Shown here piece by piece: positions 38,042 to 46,345 of a DNA stretch of 64,000 nucleotides (its first letter is position 1; each line of letters begins with the position of its first letter). The stretch spans positions 138,413-202,412 of the forward strand of contig JAGVWE010000003.1 in NCBI GenBank assembly GCA_018304425.1. Reading direction: 5' to 3'. The DNA is from Candidatus Iainarchaeum sp. (GTDB lineage Archaea; Iainarchaeota; Iainarchaeia; Iainarchaeales; UBA10219). The notes under the pieces were generated by a model, which saw nothing but the letters and a program-made list of their open reading frames with translations, had not been told where the DNA came from and searched no databases. Position numbers and translations under genes: made by a program.

Positions 38042-39388
38042 TCAGTAATCCTGTTCCCGGATTCCCTCGACTTCCCTGGGCTCCGGCCCGGCTTCAAGGT
38101 GGACCGCTTCCCGGGGCGGCCGCTCCATGGGCTTCGATTCTTCCAAGACCTTCTTGCCCGGCGGCCCTTTCCCCGCGCTTCCATTGCCTGAACCCGGTGC
38201 GCAGAAAAACCGGAACCCAATGGTGAACACCAGGATGGTGATGAGTATCACGGAAAAGGCGATGCCCGTGTACTGCTCGCTCCCCGGAATGCCGTAGGTC
38301 GAGGGCATCACGGCCAGCACGGCCGCCGCGAACCCGCGCGGCATGGCGATGGTCATGAGTTTTTTTTCCTGGGAAGAGAATTTCCCGCCAGCGGCCGACA
38401 GCCACACGGCGAGGGGCCGCACCAGCAGGACGGCGGCGGAAACCGCGAGCCCGATTAGGAACGTGCCGGTCTCCAGGGACATCAGCAGCCCGATGAAGAC
38501 GAAGAAAAAGGTCTTGATGAAGAAGCTCAGCTGTTCGTGGAAGCCGCGCGCGTCCTGCTTGAAGGCGATGACTTCGGGGAACCGCAGGGCCCTGGAGATG
38601 GCCGCGCCGTTGCCCAGCACCACGCCGAACAACAGCACCGTGATGGCCGCGCTTCCGTTCACCGCATTGGATATCACGTACAAGAACATCATGACGGCAA
38701 AGGTCAGCGTATACGAGTAGGCCGTGCCCTGCAGGAACCGCAGCAGCCACAGCCACAGCAGGCCGGCGACGATTCCCAGGAAGCCGCCGACCGAGAACTG
38801 GGCGGCGATGTTTTTCACCACCGTGTCAAGGCCCGAGCCCGGCTCCAAAATGAATTGGATGACGGCGATGACCAGCACCACGCACAGGGTGTCGTTGACC
38901 GCGGACTCGATGCTGAGCAGGTTCGCCACTTCTTCCCGGAGTTTCGCGGTCTTCCCCAAGGGCATGATGATGATGGAAGAGGTTCCCCCCACAATGGAGC
39001 CCAGCAGCACGCTGTTGGGCAGCGACCAGCCGGGGAGGAAACCAAGAAACGCGAGTCCCTCGCTCACTGCCACGACGGCCGCCACCGAAAAGAGCACGCC
39101 CAGCACGGCCAAGGCGAATCCACGGGGGGCACCGGAGAGCAGTTCGCCCAGCTTCAAGCCCAGGCCGCCCTCGAACATGATGACCACCAGGGCCAGGGCC
39201 GAAAAGAAGGGCGCAAGGCCCCACACGAAGTCCCGTGAAACCAGGTGGAAGACCGGGCCGAGGAGCACGCCGATGAGCACCAGCCAGAGGACGTCCGGCA
39301 CCTTCGTGCGCACGAAGATGACTTCGCCCAGGGTGCCCATGACCAGGATGCCGGCCACGATGAGCAAGAACAACGAAATGGGGTCCAT
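38042..39388 (-). CDS. Cation/H+ antiporter (CPA1, NhaP-like)
   Basis: MFEGG, ESAVND, MPRGFAAAVLA, about 12 TM segments. Confidence 0.92.
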   Translation of the reverse strand: MDPISLFLLIVAGILVMGTLGEVIFVRTKVPDVLWLVLIGVLLGPVFHLVSRDFVWGLAPFFSALALVVIMFEGGLGLKLGELLSGAPRGFALAVLGVLFSVAAVVAVSEGLAFLGFLPGWSLPNSVLLGSIVGGTSSIIIMPLGKTAKLREEVANLLSIESAVNDTLCVVLVIAVIQFILEPGSGLDTVVKNIAAQFSVGGFLGIVAGLLWLWLLRFLQGTAYSYTLTFAVMMFLYVISNAVNGSAAITVLLFGVVLGNGAAISRALRFPEVIAFKQDARGFHEQLSFFIKTFFFVFIGLLMSLETGTFLIGLAVSAAVLLVRPLAVWLSAAGGKFSSQEKKLMTIAMPRGFAAAVLAVMPSTYGIPGSEQYTGIAFSVILITILVFTIGFRFFCAPGSGNGSAGKGPPGKKVLEESKPMERPPREAVHLEAGPEPREVEGIREQDY

Positions 39389-39440
39389 GGGAGAATAGAA
39401 GCGTAAGTGCATTAAAAGGCTTTCGCCGCTTTGCCTGGCC

Positions 39441-41075
39441 TCAAATCGGGCACACGTTTTTGTCGAATTTGTCCGAGAAAATCATGTTTTCGCCGTAGGT
39501 GATGGGCACGTCCACGATGCAGACGTTCTTCGTGGACAAGGCTTTTTCCAGGGTCGGGTAGAGGTCGGCCGCGCTTTCCACCCGGTAGCCCTTGGCGCCG
39601 AAGCTCTCCGCGTAGGCCACGAAGTCAGGGTTGGTGAAACTGACCCCGGACTCCCGGCCGAACTTTTTTTTCTGCTTCCAGCCGATGACCCCGTACTTGG
39701 CGTCGTTGAAGACGACGATGGTGAAGTGGACGCCCAACCGCTTGGCGGTCTCTATTTCCTGGGAGTTCATGAGGAAGCCCCCGTCCCCCGTGACCGCCAG
39801 GACCTGCCGCTTGGGTTCCGCGAGCTTGGCCGCCACGGCCCCGGGAACCGCGATTCCCATGGAGGCGAAGCCGTTGGAGATGATGACCGTGTTGGGTTCG
39901 CGCGCGGGATAGTTGCGCGCAATCCACAGCTTGTGCGCGCCGACGTCACTGATCAGGATGTCGCAATCGCCCATGGCCTTGCGGATGTCGTACAACACTT
40001 TTTGGGGCTTCAAGGGGAAGGAGACATCCAGCTTGTTGGCCGCGTATTCTTCCTTGATGAGGGTCCGCAGCGTGTTGGGATAGTCAAAGCCCTTCCGGAA
40101 GCCCGTCCGGGTGGAGAGGATTTTGAGCGTGGTCCGGAGGTCGCCCACGAGTTCCACGGCGGGAACATAGTTGGCGTCGACTTCCGCTGGCACCGAGTCC
40201 ACGTGGATGATTTTCTTGTTGTTGGCCGGGTTCCAGAGGCTTGACCCGTATTCCACGAAGTCATAGCCTACCGCGATGACCAAATCAGCCTGGTCAAAGC
40301 CGCAGGACACGTAGTCCTTTTGCTGCAAGCCAATCGTGGCCAGGCAGAGCTCGTGCTTGGCCGGAATCACGCCCTTGGCCATGAACGTGTTGGCCACGAA
40401 CACGTTGTTCTTGACCGCGAACTCAACGAGTTCCCTGGAAGCGCGGCCGCGGATGACGCCGTTGCCGGCCAGGATGAGGGGCTTTTCGGCTTGCTGGATG
40501 AGTTCAACGGCCTTGTCGAGTTCCAGTATGTCCGGGTGGAAGCGCGGGCTGGAGGTCACGCGCAGGGGCCTGGCGTCCGACTGGAGGCCGGCAATATCTT
40601 CCGGCAACTCGATGTGGGTTGCCCCAAACTTCTCGGTTTGCGCGACGCGGAAGGCCTTTCGCACGATTTCCGCGACCGAGTCAGGGGAAGCGATGCGGGC
40701 ATTCCATTTGGTGATGGGTCGCAACGCGCTCACGATATCAATGTACTGGTGGGATTCCTTGTGGGTCTTGGCCAGGCCGGCCTGGCCAGTGATGGCCACG
40801 AGGGGCGCGCGGTCCATGTTCGCGTCCGCAACCCCCGTGATGAGGTTCGTTGCCCCAGGACCAAGCGTTGCCAGGCACACGCCCGCGCGCTGGGTCAACC
40901 GCCCATAGACATCCGCCATGAAGGCCGCACCTTGTTCGTGGCGCACGGGCACGAATTTTATCCTGGCCCCGTTCATGGAATCCAGGATATCAATGGTTTC
41001 CTCGCCAGGCAAGCCGAAGACGTACTCGGCTTCCTCGTTTTCGAGGCATTCCACGAACAAGTCGCTTACCTTGAT
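39441..41075 (-). CDS. Acetolactate synthase large subunit (TPP enzyme), probable ATC start
   Basis: FGLPGEE, RHEQGAAFMAD, GDGGF motifs. The N-terminus reads (I)KVSDLFVECLE from 41075. Confidence 0.93.
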   Translation of the reverse strand: MKVSDLFVECLENEEAEYVFGLPGEETIDILDSMNGARIKFVPVRHEQGAAFMADVYGRLTQRAGVCLATLGPGATNLITGVADANMDRAPLVAITGQAGLAKTHKESHQYIDIVSALRPITKWNARIASPDSVAEIVRKAFRVAQTEKFGATHIELPEDIAGLQSDARPLRVTSSPRFHPDILELDKAVELIQQAEKPLILAGNGVIRGRASRELVEFAVKNNVFVANTFMAKGVIPAKHELCLATIGLQQKDYVSCGFDQADLVIAVGYDFVEYGSSLWNPANNKKIIHVDSVPAEVDANYVPAVELVGDLRTTLKILSTRTGFRKGFDYPNTLRTLIKEEYAANKLDVSFPLKPQKVLYDIRKAMGDCDILISDVGAHKLWIARNYPAREPNTVIISNGFASMGIAVPGAVAAKLAEPKRQVLAVTGDGGFLMNSQEIETAKRLGVHFTIVVFNDAKYGVIGWKQKKKFGRESGVSFTNPDFVAYAESFGAKGYRVESAADLYPTLEKALSTKNVCIVDVPITYGENMIFSDKFDKNVCPI

Positions 41076-41491
41076 GGTTCCACCTTCAGGCAGTCGTTGC
41101 AGAGGCCCTGGAAAGTGAGGTGGTGGCCTGAGATGTGGAGCCCGGTTTTCTCGGAAAAGCTTCGCTCGATTTCGCGGCTATAGCTTGGCACGTCGGAAAC
41201 CCTTTGGCAGGACGTGCAATGGAAGTGATAGTGCTCGGAGAGGTTGGAGTCGAACCGCGTGATGCCGCGGTCGCAGTGGATTTCCCGGAGCAGGCCCTCC
41301 AGGCGGAGGATGTGGAGGTTCCGGTAGACGGTTGCCAGGGAAATCGAGGGCAGCCTGGGTTTCACGGCTTCAAAGACTTCCAAGGCGCTGGGATGCGAGT
41401 CCAGGCCCTTCACGCCTTCAAAGACCTGCATGCGTTGAACGGTGATGCGGCGGTTTGCCTTCCGCAACTGGTCCACCAATACAGCCTGCAA
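41066..41491 (-). CDS. Fur/PerR-family transcriptional regulator
   Basis: HPSA, ISLATVYRNL, HYHFHCTSC, GLCNDC. Confidence 0.95.
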   Translation of the reverse strand: MQAVLVDQLRKANRRITVQRMQVFEGVKGLDSHPSALEVFEAVKPRLPSISLATVYRNLHILRLEGLLREIHCDRGITRFDSNLSEHYHFHCTSCQRVSDVPSYSREIERSFSEKTGLHISGHHLTFQGLCNDCLKVEPSR

Positions 41492-41596
41492 TCAAACCCC
41501 CCTTACCGATAAAAGTTCTCAATAGCATGCATTGGCAAGCGTCAGGTATAAAAACCCTATTAAGGCCATTAAATAGCGTTTTGTTGAACCTACTTC

Positions 41597-42841
41597 ATGG
41601 TGCCAGGAATGCCGGACAAAGCACAAGAATTTGACGTCATCGTGGTGGGAGGCGGACCTGGCGGGAGCACATGCGCGTCCTTCTGCAGCAAGGCCGGGTT
41701 GAAGACCCTTTTATTGGAGGCCAGCAAGTTCCCCCGCGACAAGGTGTGCGGGGACGCGATTTCCGGGAAATCCATCGGCATCCTCCGCGAACTCGGCATC
41801 GAAGCCGAGATGCAGAACATCCTGCACGGCCGGGTCAATGGAGTCCTGTTGAGCAGCCCCAAGGGCACCCTGCTGGAAGTGCCGATTCCGCAAACGTTCA
41901 AGGACCGCGAGTCCTACGGCTACTGCTCGCGGCGCATGGTGTATGATAATTTCCTGTTCCAGCACGCGAAAAAACTCGCGGTGACCATGGAGGAATTCCG
42001 GGTAACGGACCTGGTCAGGGAAGGCAGCCAGGTAGTCGGAGTCAAGGGCCTGGACTTGAAGACCCGGCAGGAAAAGGAGTTCCGCGCCAAAATGGTCGTG
42101 GGCGCGGACGGCGCCAACTCAGTGGTTGCCATGAAAACCGGCTTGCACGAAGTCGACCCCAATCATTCCTGCATCGCTTTGAGGGCCTACTACGAGGGCA
42201 TCACCGGGATGAAGAACCTGATTGAAATCCATTTCCTCGAAGAAGTCCTGCCGGGTTATTTCTGGATTTTTCCCCTCGAAAACGGCCTCGCCAACGTTGG
42301 TGTTGGCATGATTACCCATGACCTGCGGAAGTCCAACAAGAAGCTCGAGGAAGCCTTGAACAACGCCATCCAGAGCAAGCTGTTCCGGGAACGGTTCAAG
42401 GACGCGAAACTCATCGCCCCCATCCGGGGCTGGACCCTGCCATTCGGCTCGAAGCACCGGAAATGCTATGGCAACGGCTTCGTGCTCCTAGGCGATGCCG
42501 CCTCGCTCATCGACCCCTTTTCCGGGGAAGGCATCGGCAACGCCATGACTTCGGGGAGGACGGCTGCCCGCATCATCAAACAGGCCTTCGAGGCAGGGGA
42601 TTTCTCGGAAGCGTTCCTCAAAAAATACGATGCAACGCTCTGGCAGGAAATCGGGCCCGAACTGCAGACGAGCCTCATGCTGCAGAAAGTGGGGAGGAAC
42701 ACGATGCTGCTGAACATGATTATCAGCAAGGCCGCGAAAAACAAGCACCTGCGCGACCTGATTTCCGGCATGCTCGTCAACGAGGTGCCCAAGAAGACCC
42801 TCGCCGACCCCTTGTTCCTGCTGAAAGTGCTGGTCAGCTGA
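41597..42841 (+). CDS. Geranylgeranyl reductase family flavoprotein
   Basis: GGGPGG, FPRDKVCGD, GYFWIFP, GDAA..IDPFSGEGI. Confidence 0.93.
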   Translation: MVPGMPDKAQEFDVIVVGGGPGGSTCASFCSKAGLKTLLLEASKFPRDKVCGDAISGKSIGILRELGIEAEMQNILHGRVNGVLLSSPKGTLLEVPIPQTFKDRESYGYCSRRMVYDNFLFQHAKKLAVTMEEFRVTDLVREGSQVVGVKGLDLKTRQEKEFRAKMVVGADGANSVVAMKTGLHEVDPNHSCIALRAYYEGITGMKNLIEIHFLEEVLPGYFWIFPLENGLANVGVGMITHDLRKSNKKLEEALNNAIQSKLFRERFKDAKLIAPIRGWTLPFGSKHRKCYGNGFVLLGDAASLIDPFSGEGIGNAMTSGRTAARIIKQAFEAGDFSEAFLKKYDATLWQEIGPELQTSLMLQKVGRNTMLLNMIISKAAKNKHLRDLISGMLVNEVPKKTLADPLFLLKVLVS

Positions 42842-42852
42842 GCCGCCTACGT

Positions 42853-43161
42853 TCAGCGGAATTGCTCGAAAAGCAGGCGCACTTCTTCGCTGGCCTTTTC
42901 AGGGCTCCACGGAGGGTCGAACACCACTTCGATGTCGATTTCCGGGTCCTTGAAGCCCAGGTCCTCGAGGGCCAGCCGGGAGTTGCCCACAATCATGGGC
43001 GCGGCCGGGCAGCCGGGGCTGGTCAAGGTCATCCGCACGTACACCTTCCCGCCTTCCCTCAATTGAATGTCGTAAACCAGGCCCAGGCTCACGATGTCGA
43101 TTCCCAACTCCGGGTCGATGACCTGTTTGAGGCCTTCGCGGACTTGTTCAACGGAAACCAT
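42853..43161 (-). CDS. DUF59/SufT Fe-S assembly protein
   Basis: VIDPELGIDIVSLGLVY, MTLTSPGCP, FDPPW. Confidence 0.93.
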   Translation of the reverse strand: MVSVEQVREGLKQVIDPELGIDIVSLGLVYDIQLREGGKVYVRMTLTSPGCPAAPMIVGNSRLALEDLGFKDPEIDIEVVFDPPWSPEKASEEVRLLFEQFR

Positions 43162-43206
43162 GGCGCCCCCCTTAACAACATTCACCCATAAGAATTTAAA
43201 AGAGGT

Positions 43207-45867
43207 TCAACCGGCTGAAAACGGGTTATAGGCCTGGCAGGCGGACTTATCTGGGCACACCGGGTTTTCACCGGGGCAGTCAAAGCAAGGCAAAGTCTTT
43301 TGCGCCATGAAACAACAGGTGAATTGGTTCATGACCTGGTTGTTGTATGTGTATTTCTGGGTGCCGAACTTTATGTAAGTGCATAGAGTAGTACACACGG
43401 GTGGTTCTTGTTGTGGGACAAAACCGCCGCAAAAGCTTTGAGGGTCTTGGCCCATGGTCTGGCCGCTGCCAATAAACCTACCAATGGAACCAAGGCTCTG
43501 GCCAAACCGTTGATTGCAGTCAAAGGGCGTGGAATCACAGACATCCCCTAACCTGTCCGCATCCTCGTCCCCTTGGTTAGAGTTAGGCGTGTGCGGGCAG
43601 TTGTCCTGGTCATCGCAGATGCCATCATTGTCCGAGTCAGGGCAACTGGGGGTCTGCGGGCCTTCGTCGACAGGCGGGCCTTCATCGACCGGGGGCTGGG
43701 TTACAAGTCCTGTGCCAGGTGTTTCGGTAACCAACTGCTGGCAAATGCAGCTGTTGGGGTTACACGTGTATCCAGCAGGGCAAGTCGTTGTATCACAGTA
43801 CATCGTCTGCTGGTTATACAAAATACTGCCCCCGCCCCAGCCACAGGGAAGCCTCCTCTTTGGCTCACAGGCACAGGAATTGGGGTTGCAGGCTAATCCT
43901 TCGGGGCAGTCATCCTTACAGACCTCCTTGCCTTGGTTAAAGTACGAGGTATATGTTTCGCCCATCCTGGCTATTATGCCCGAGCATTTCCGCACAGGCT
44001 TTTCAACGATGGTTTTGGGGGTGCAGGTACAACTGCTGGCATTGCACTGATAACCCGGCGGGCAGTCGTCCTTACAGGTCATTCCCGAGGGACTGAAGGG
44101 ATTGCGGTCAGTCGCATCCACGTAGGTTGTGTTGGCCGCGCAACTCTTTTCTTCCTTGACCGGCTCACAGACACAGGCCGAATTGCAGCGCTGGTCTCCT
44201 GGACAGTCATCCACGCACTCCTTGCCTGGCGGCAGTCTTGCAATCGTGCCACCGGGTCTATAACCAGTTGTGCGCGTTCTCTCCCTGCAGGATTCCCCTG
44301 GTTTTTTCACGCAGACACAACTCCTTTGGTCGCATTCGGTTCCGTCAGGACAGTTGTCTTCGCAAGCCATTTTCTTGGCGTCAAAGTCGGAGGCAAAGGT
44401 TTCCCCTGGTTTAACGGTTTTTTCAGCGCACTTCCTTGTGGGAGGCTCTTCCTTTTTCTTGCACGTGCAATCATTCAAATTGCAGGTTTCTTTTGGATCC
44501 TTGCATGGCGTTCCCACTTCGCATTGCTCCCAGGGGTCGAGGATTTTGTCCCCACAATAGGGGATATCCCATGGCCACTCCTCACATGTGCAGTTATTCA
44601 TGTTGCACATCTGCCAAGGATTGGGACAGGGGTCAAACCACTCGCATTGCTCGGGCGGAGACTGCAGCACACCGTCCCCACAGAATTCCTCGGGCGGGAT
44701 TTTTTTGAATCTCCAGAGCTGGAGCGGCGTTACGGCGGGGTTCCTGTCAAAGCCTTCCAGCACTTTTCCGTTCACCGGCTCGGCTTTCCTCCACTTGCCG
44801 TCATAGCGCGAGAAGTAAATCTCGCCGGGAGCGTCTGCATCACTCCACCAAACATCCAAGCCAATGGTGCGCCCAAGAATAAAGGTCAAAGAATTCCTGA
44901 AATCCTTGCCCTTCGTGTCAGCGGCGAGGGCCTTTGCCAGGCCCCCAAAGACATCCACTGCATACCATAAAGCCCCTTTCTTCAGGTAAACGCTGTACGC
45001 CTTGCTTTCCCGGTCGTACGCCAAATCAGGCATCATTTCCTTGTCAACAAGTAGGCTGGGCCCTGATTCCTCTGCCCACATGGCGGCATAGACTTGGCCA
45101 TCGATTGCAGGCCAAACCGCTGCCCCCGGCCCTTTGGAGGCTGCATCAACGCCCGTCCTTTGATCGGTTGGAATCTTGTTATCTATCACTGCCTCAGCCA
45201 GTTGCCCTGGCACCTCTTTTGCCGGCCGCCATTTTCCTTCCTTGAAATAACTGCCATAGGCTTTTCCGCCGGAACCGTTATCTGCTGTGAACACTAAACC
45301 AAACGCTCCCCAGGGACTCCAGGCAAGCTCTGGGAGGCTAACCTTTTTTAGGCCTGCTCCCCTCCAAAGGGGTTCGGCTTTCCCGCCAAGCACAGCGTAC
45401 ATGAGTTCACTGGAACCATCCTCATTCAAGTGTACCCAAACAATTAGCACAGAATCGGGGCCCACTGCAACGGTTGGATCCAAGTCGTTGCCTGGCAACG
45501 CTGCCAAAGAGGTGGGCGCAGCCCATTTCCTGGACTTCCATTCAGAAAAATAAATGTCAAAGTCCCCGGACGGGTTTTTGTGAGACCAAACCGTTACCGC
45601 ATAATTATCCTTGGATGAAACATCTGGGTCATGGTCTTCGCCGGACAGAAGGGCAACCGGTGCACTCCTCCCCCCGCCTGGCACAAACCAGGCAACCCTT
45701 TGGTCGTCGTACAAGGAATACCAGATGTCCCAGTCTTTTCCCTTGTGCTGCCAGACCACGAGGGCATCAACGGCTTCCTTGGAGGCAGTCACAAGCCCGG
45801 TACTGCAGCCAGCCAAAAGAATCAGCAAAACTAGGAAAGCAACCACTAAAACAGGCTGGCCCCTCAC
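43207..45867 (-). CDS. Large lipoprotein: propeller-like domain, Cys-rich repeats, TSP3-like repeats
   Basis: LAGC lipobox, VW..DI.Y blades, about five C.DDCP.G..C..SC.C repeats, DSDNDGICDDQDNCP. Confidence 0.85.
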   Translation of the reverse strand: MRGQPVLVVAFLVLLILLAGCSTGLVTASKEAVDALVVWQHKGKDWDIWYSLYDDQRVAWFVPGGGRSAPVALLSGEDHDPDVSSKDNYAVTVWSHKNPSGDFDIYFSEWKSRKWAAPTSLAALPGNDLDPTVAVGPDSVLIVWVHLNEDGSSELMYAVLGGKAEPLWRGAGLKKVSLPELAWSPWGAFGLVFTADNGSGGKAYGSYFKEGKWRPAKEVPGQLAEAVIDNKIPTDQRTGVDAASKGPGAAVWPAIDGQVYAAMWAEESGPSLLVDKEMMPDLAYDRESKAYSVYLKKGALWYAVDVFGGLAKALAADTKGKDFRNSLTFILGRTIGLDVWWSDADAPGEIYFSRYDGKWRKAEPVNGKVLEGFDRNPAVTPLQLWRFKKIPPEEFCGDGVLQSPPEQCEWFDPCPNPWQMCNMNNCTCEEWPWDIPYCGDKILDPWEQCEVGTPCKDPKETCNLNDCTCKKKEEPPTRKCAEKTVKPGETFASDFDAKKMACEDNCPDGTECDQRSCVCVKKPGESCRERTRTTGYRPGGTIARLPPGKECVDDCPGDQRCNSACVCEPVKEEKSCAANTTYVDATDRNPFSPSGMTCKDDCPPGYQCNASSCTCTPKTIVEKPVRKCSGIIARMGETYTSYFNQGKEVCKDDCPEGLACNPNSCACEPKRRLPCGWGGGSILYNQQTMYCDTTTCPAGYTCNPNSCICQQLVTETPGTGLVTQPPVDEGPPVDEGPQTPSCPDSDNDGICDDQDNCPHTPNSNQGDEDADRLGDVCDSTPFDCNQRFGQSLGSIGRFIGSGQTMGQDPQSFCGGFVPQQEPPVCTTLCTYIKFGTQKYTYNNQVMNQFTCCFMAQKTLPCFDCPGENPVCPDKSACQAYNPFSAG

Positions 45868-45931
45868 CCTCGCATCCCCTTAAAATAAATCTCCCCCAGA
45901 AATGCATTAAAAGCCCTCGCATTGGGAGCAG

Positions 45932-46276
45932 CTATTTAAAGGCCGTTGTTTGCTGCAAGGCATCGATTTTGGCCGCCAACACGAAGTCGTTTTCGCTCAA
46001 GCCCCCGATGGCGTGGGAGGACAAGCGCAGCGTCAAGCGGTTCCACTTGACTTCCATGTCCGGGTGGTGGCCCTCGCTTTCCGCGAGTTCAGCCACTTTG
46101 TTCACGAACGCCATGTTTTCCTTGAAGTCCTTGAACTTGAATGCCCGCGAAATGGATTTCGCGTCCGGGCCCAGGTCCCAGGTGCCAAGCTCGGCGTGGT
46201 AAAACCGTGCCTGGGCTTCCGTGAACGGCTTTACGCCGCCCTCACAGGGTTTGCAGCGTTTGGAGGCAAGGTCCAT
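45932..46276 (-). CDS. phhB: Pterin-4-alpha-carbinolamine dehydratase
   Basis: CKPCEGG, EGHHPD, HAIGGLSENDFVLAAKID. Confidence 0.95.
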   Translation of the reverse strand: MDLASKRCKPCEGGVKPFTEAQARFYHAELGTWDLGPDAKSISRAFKFKDFKENMAFVNKVAELAESEGHHPDMEVKWNRLTLRLSSHAIGGLSENDFVLAAKIDALQQTTAFK

Positions 46277-46345
46277 GCCTACAATAAGGCTTAAATAATA
46301 GAAAAACCTATTGATTGCCTACTTTGAGGGGTATGGGTTAGCTCA

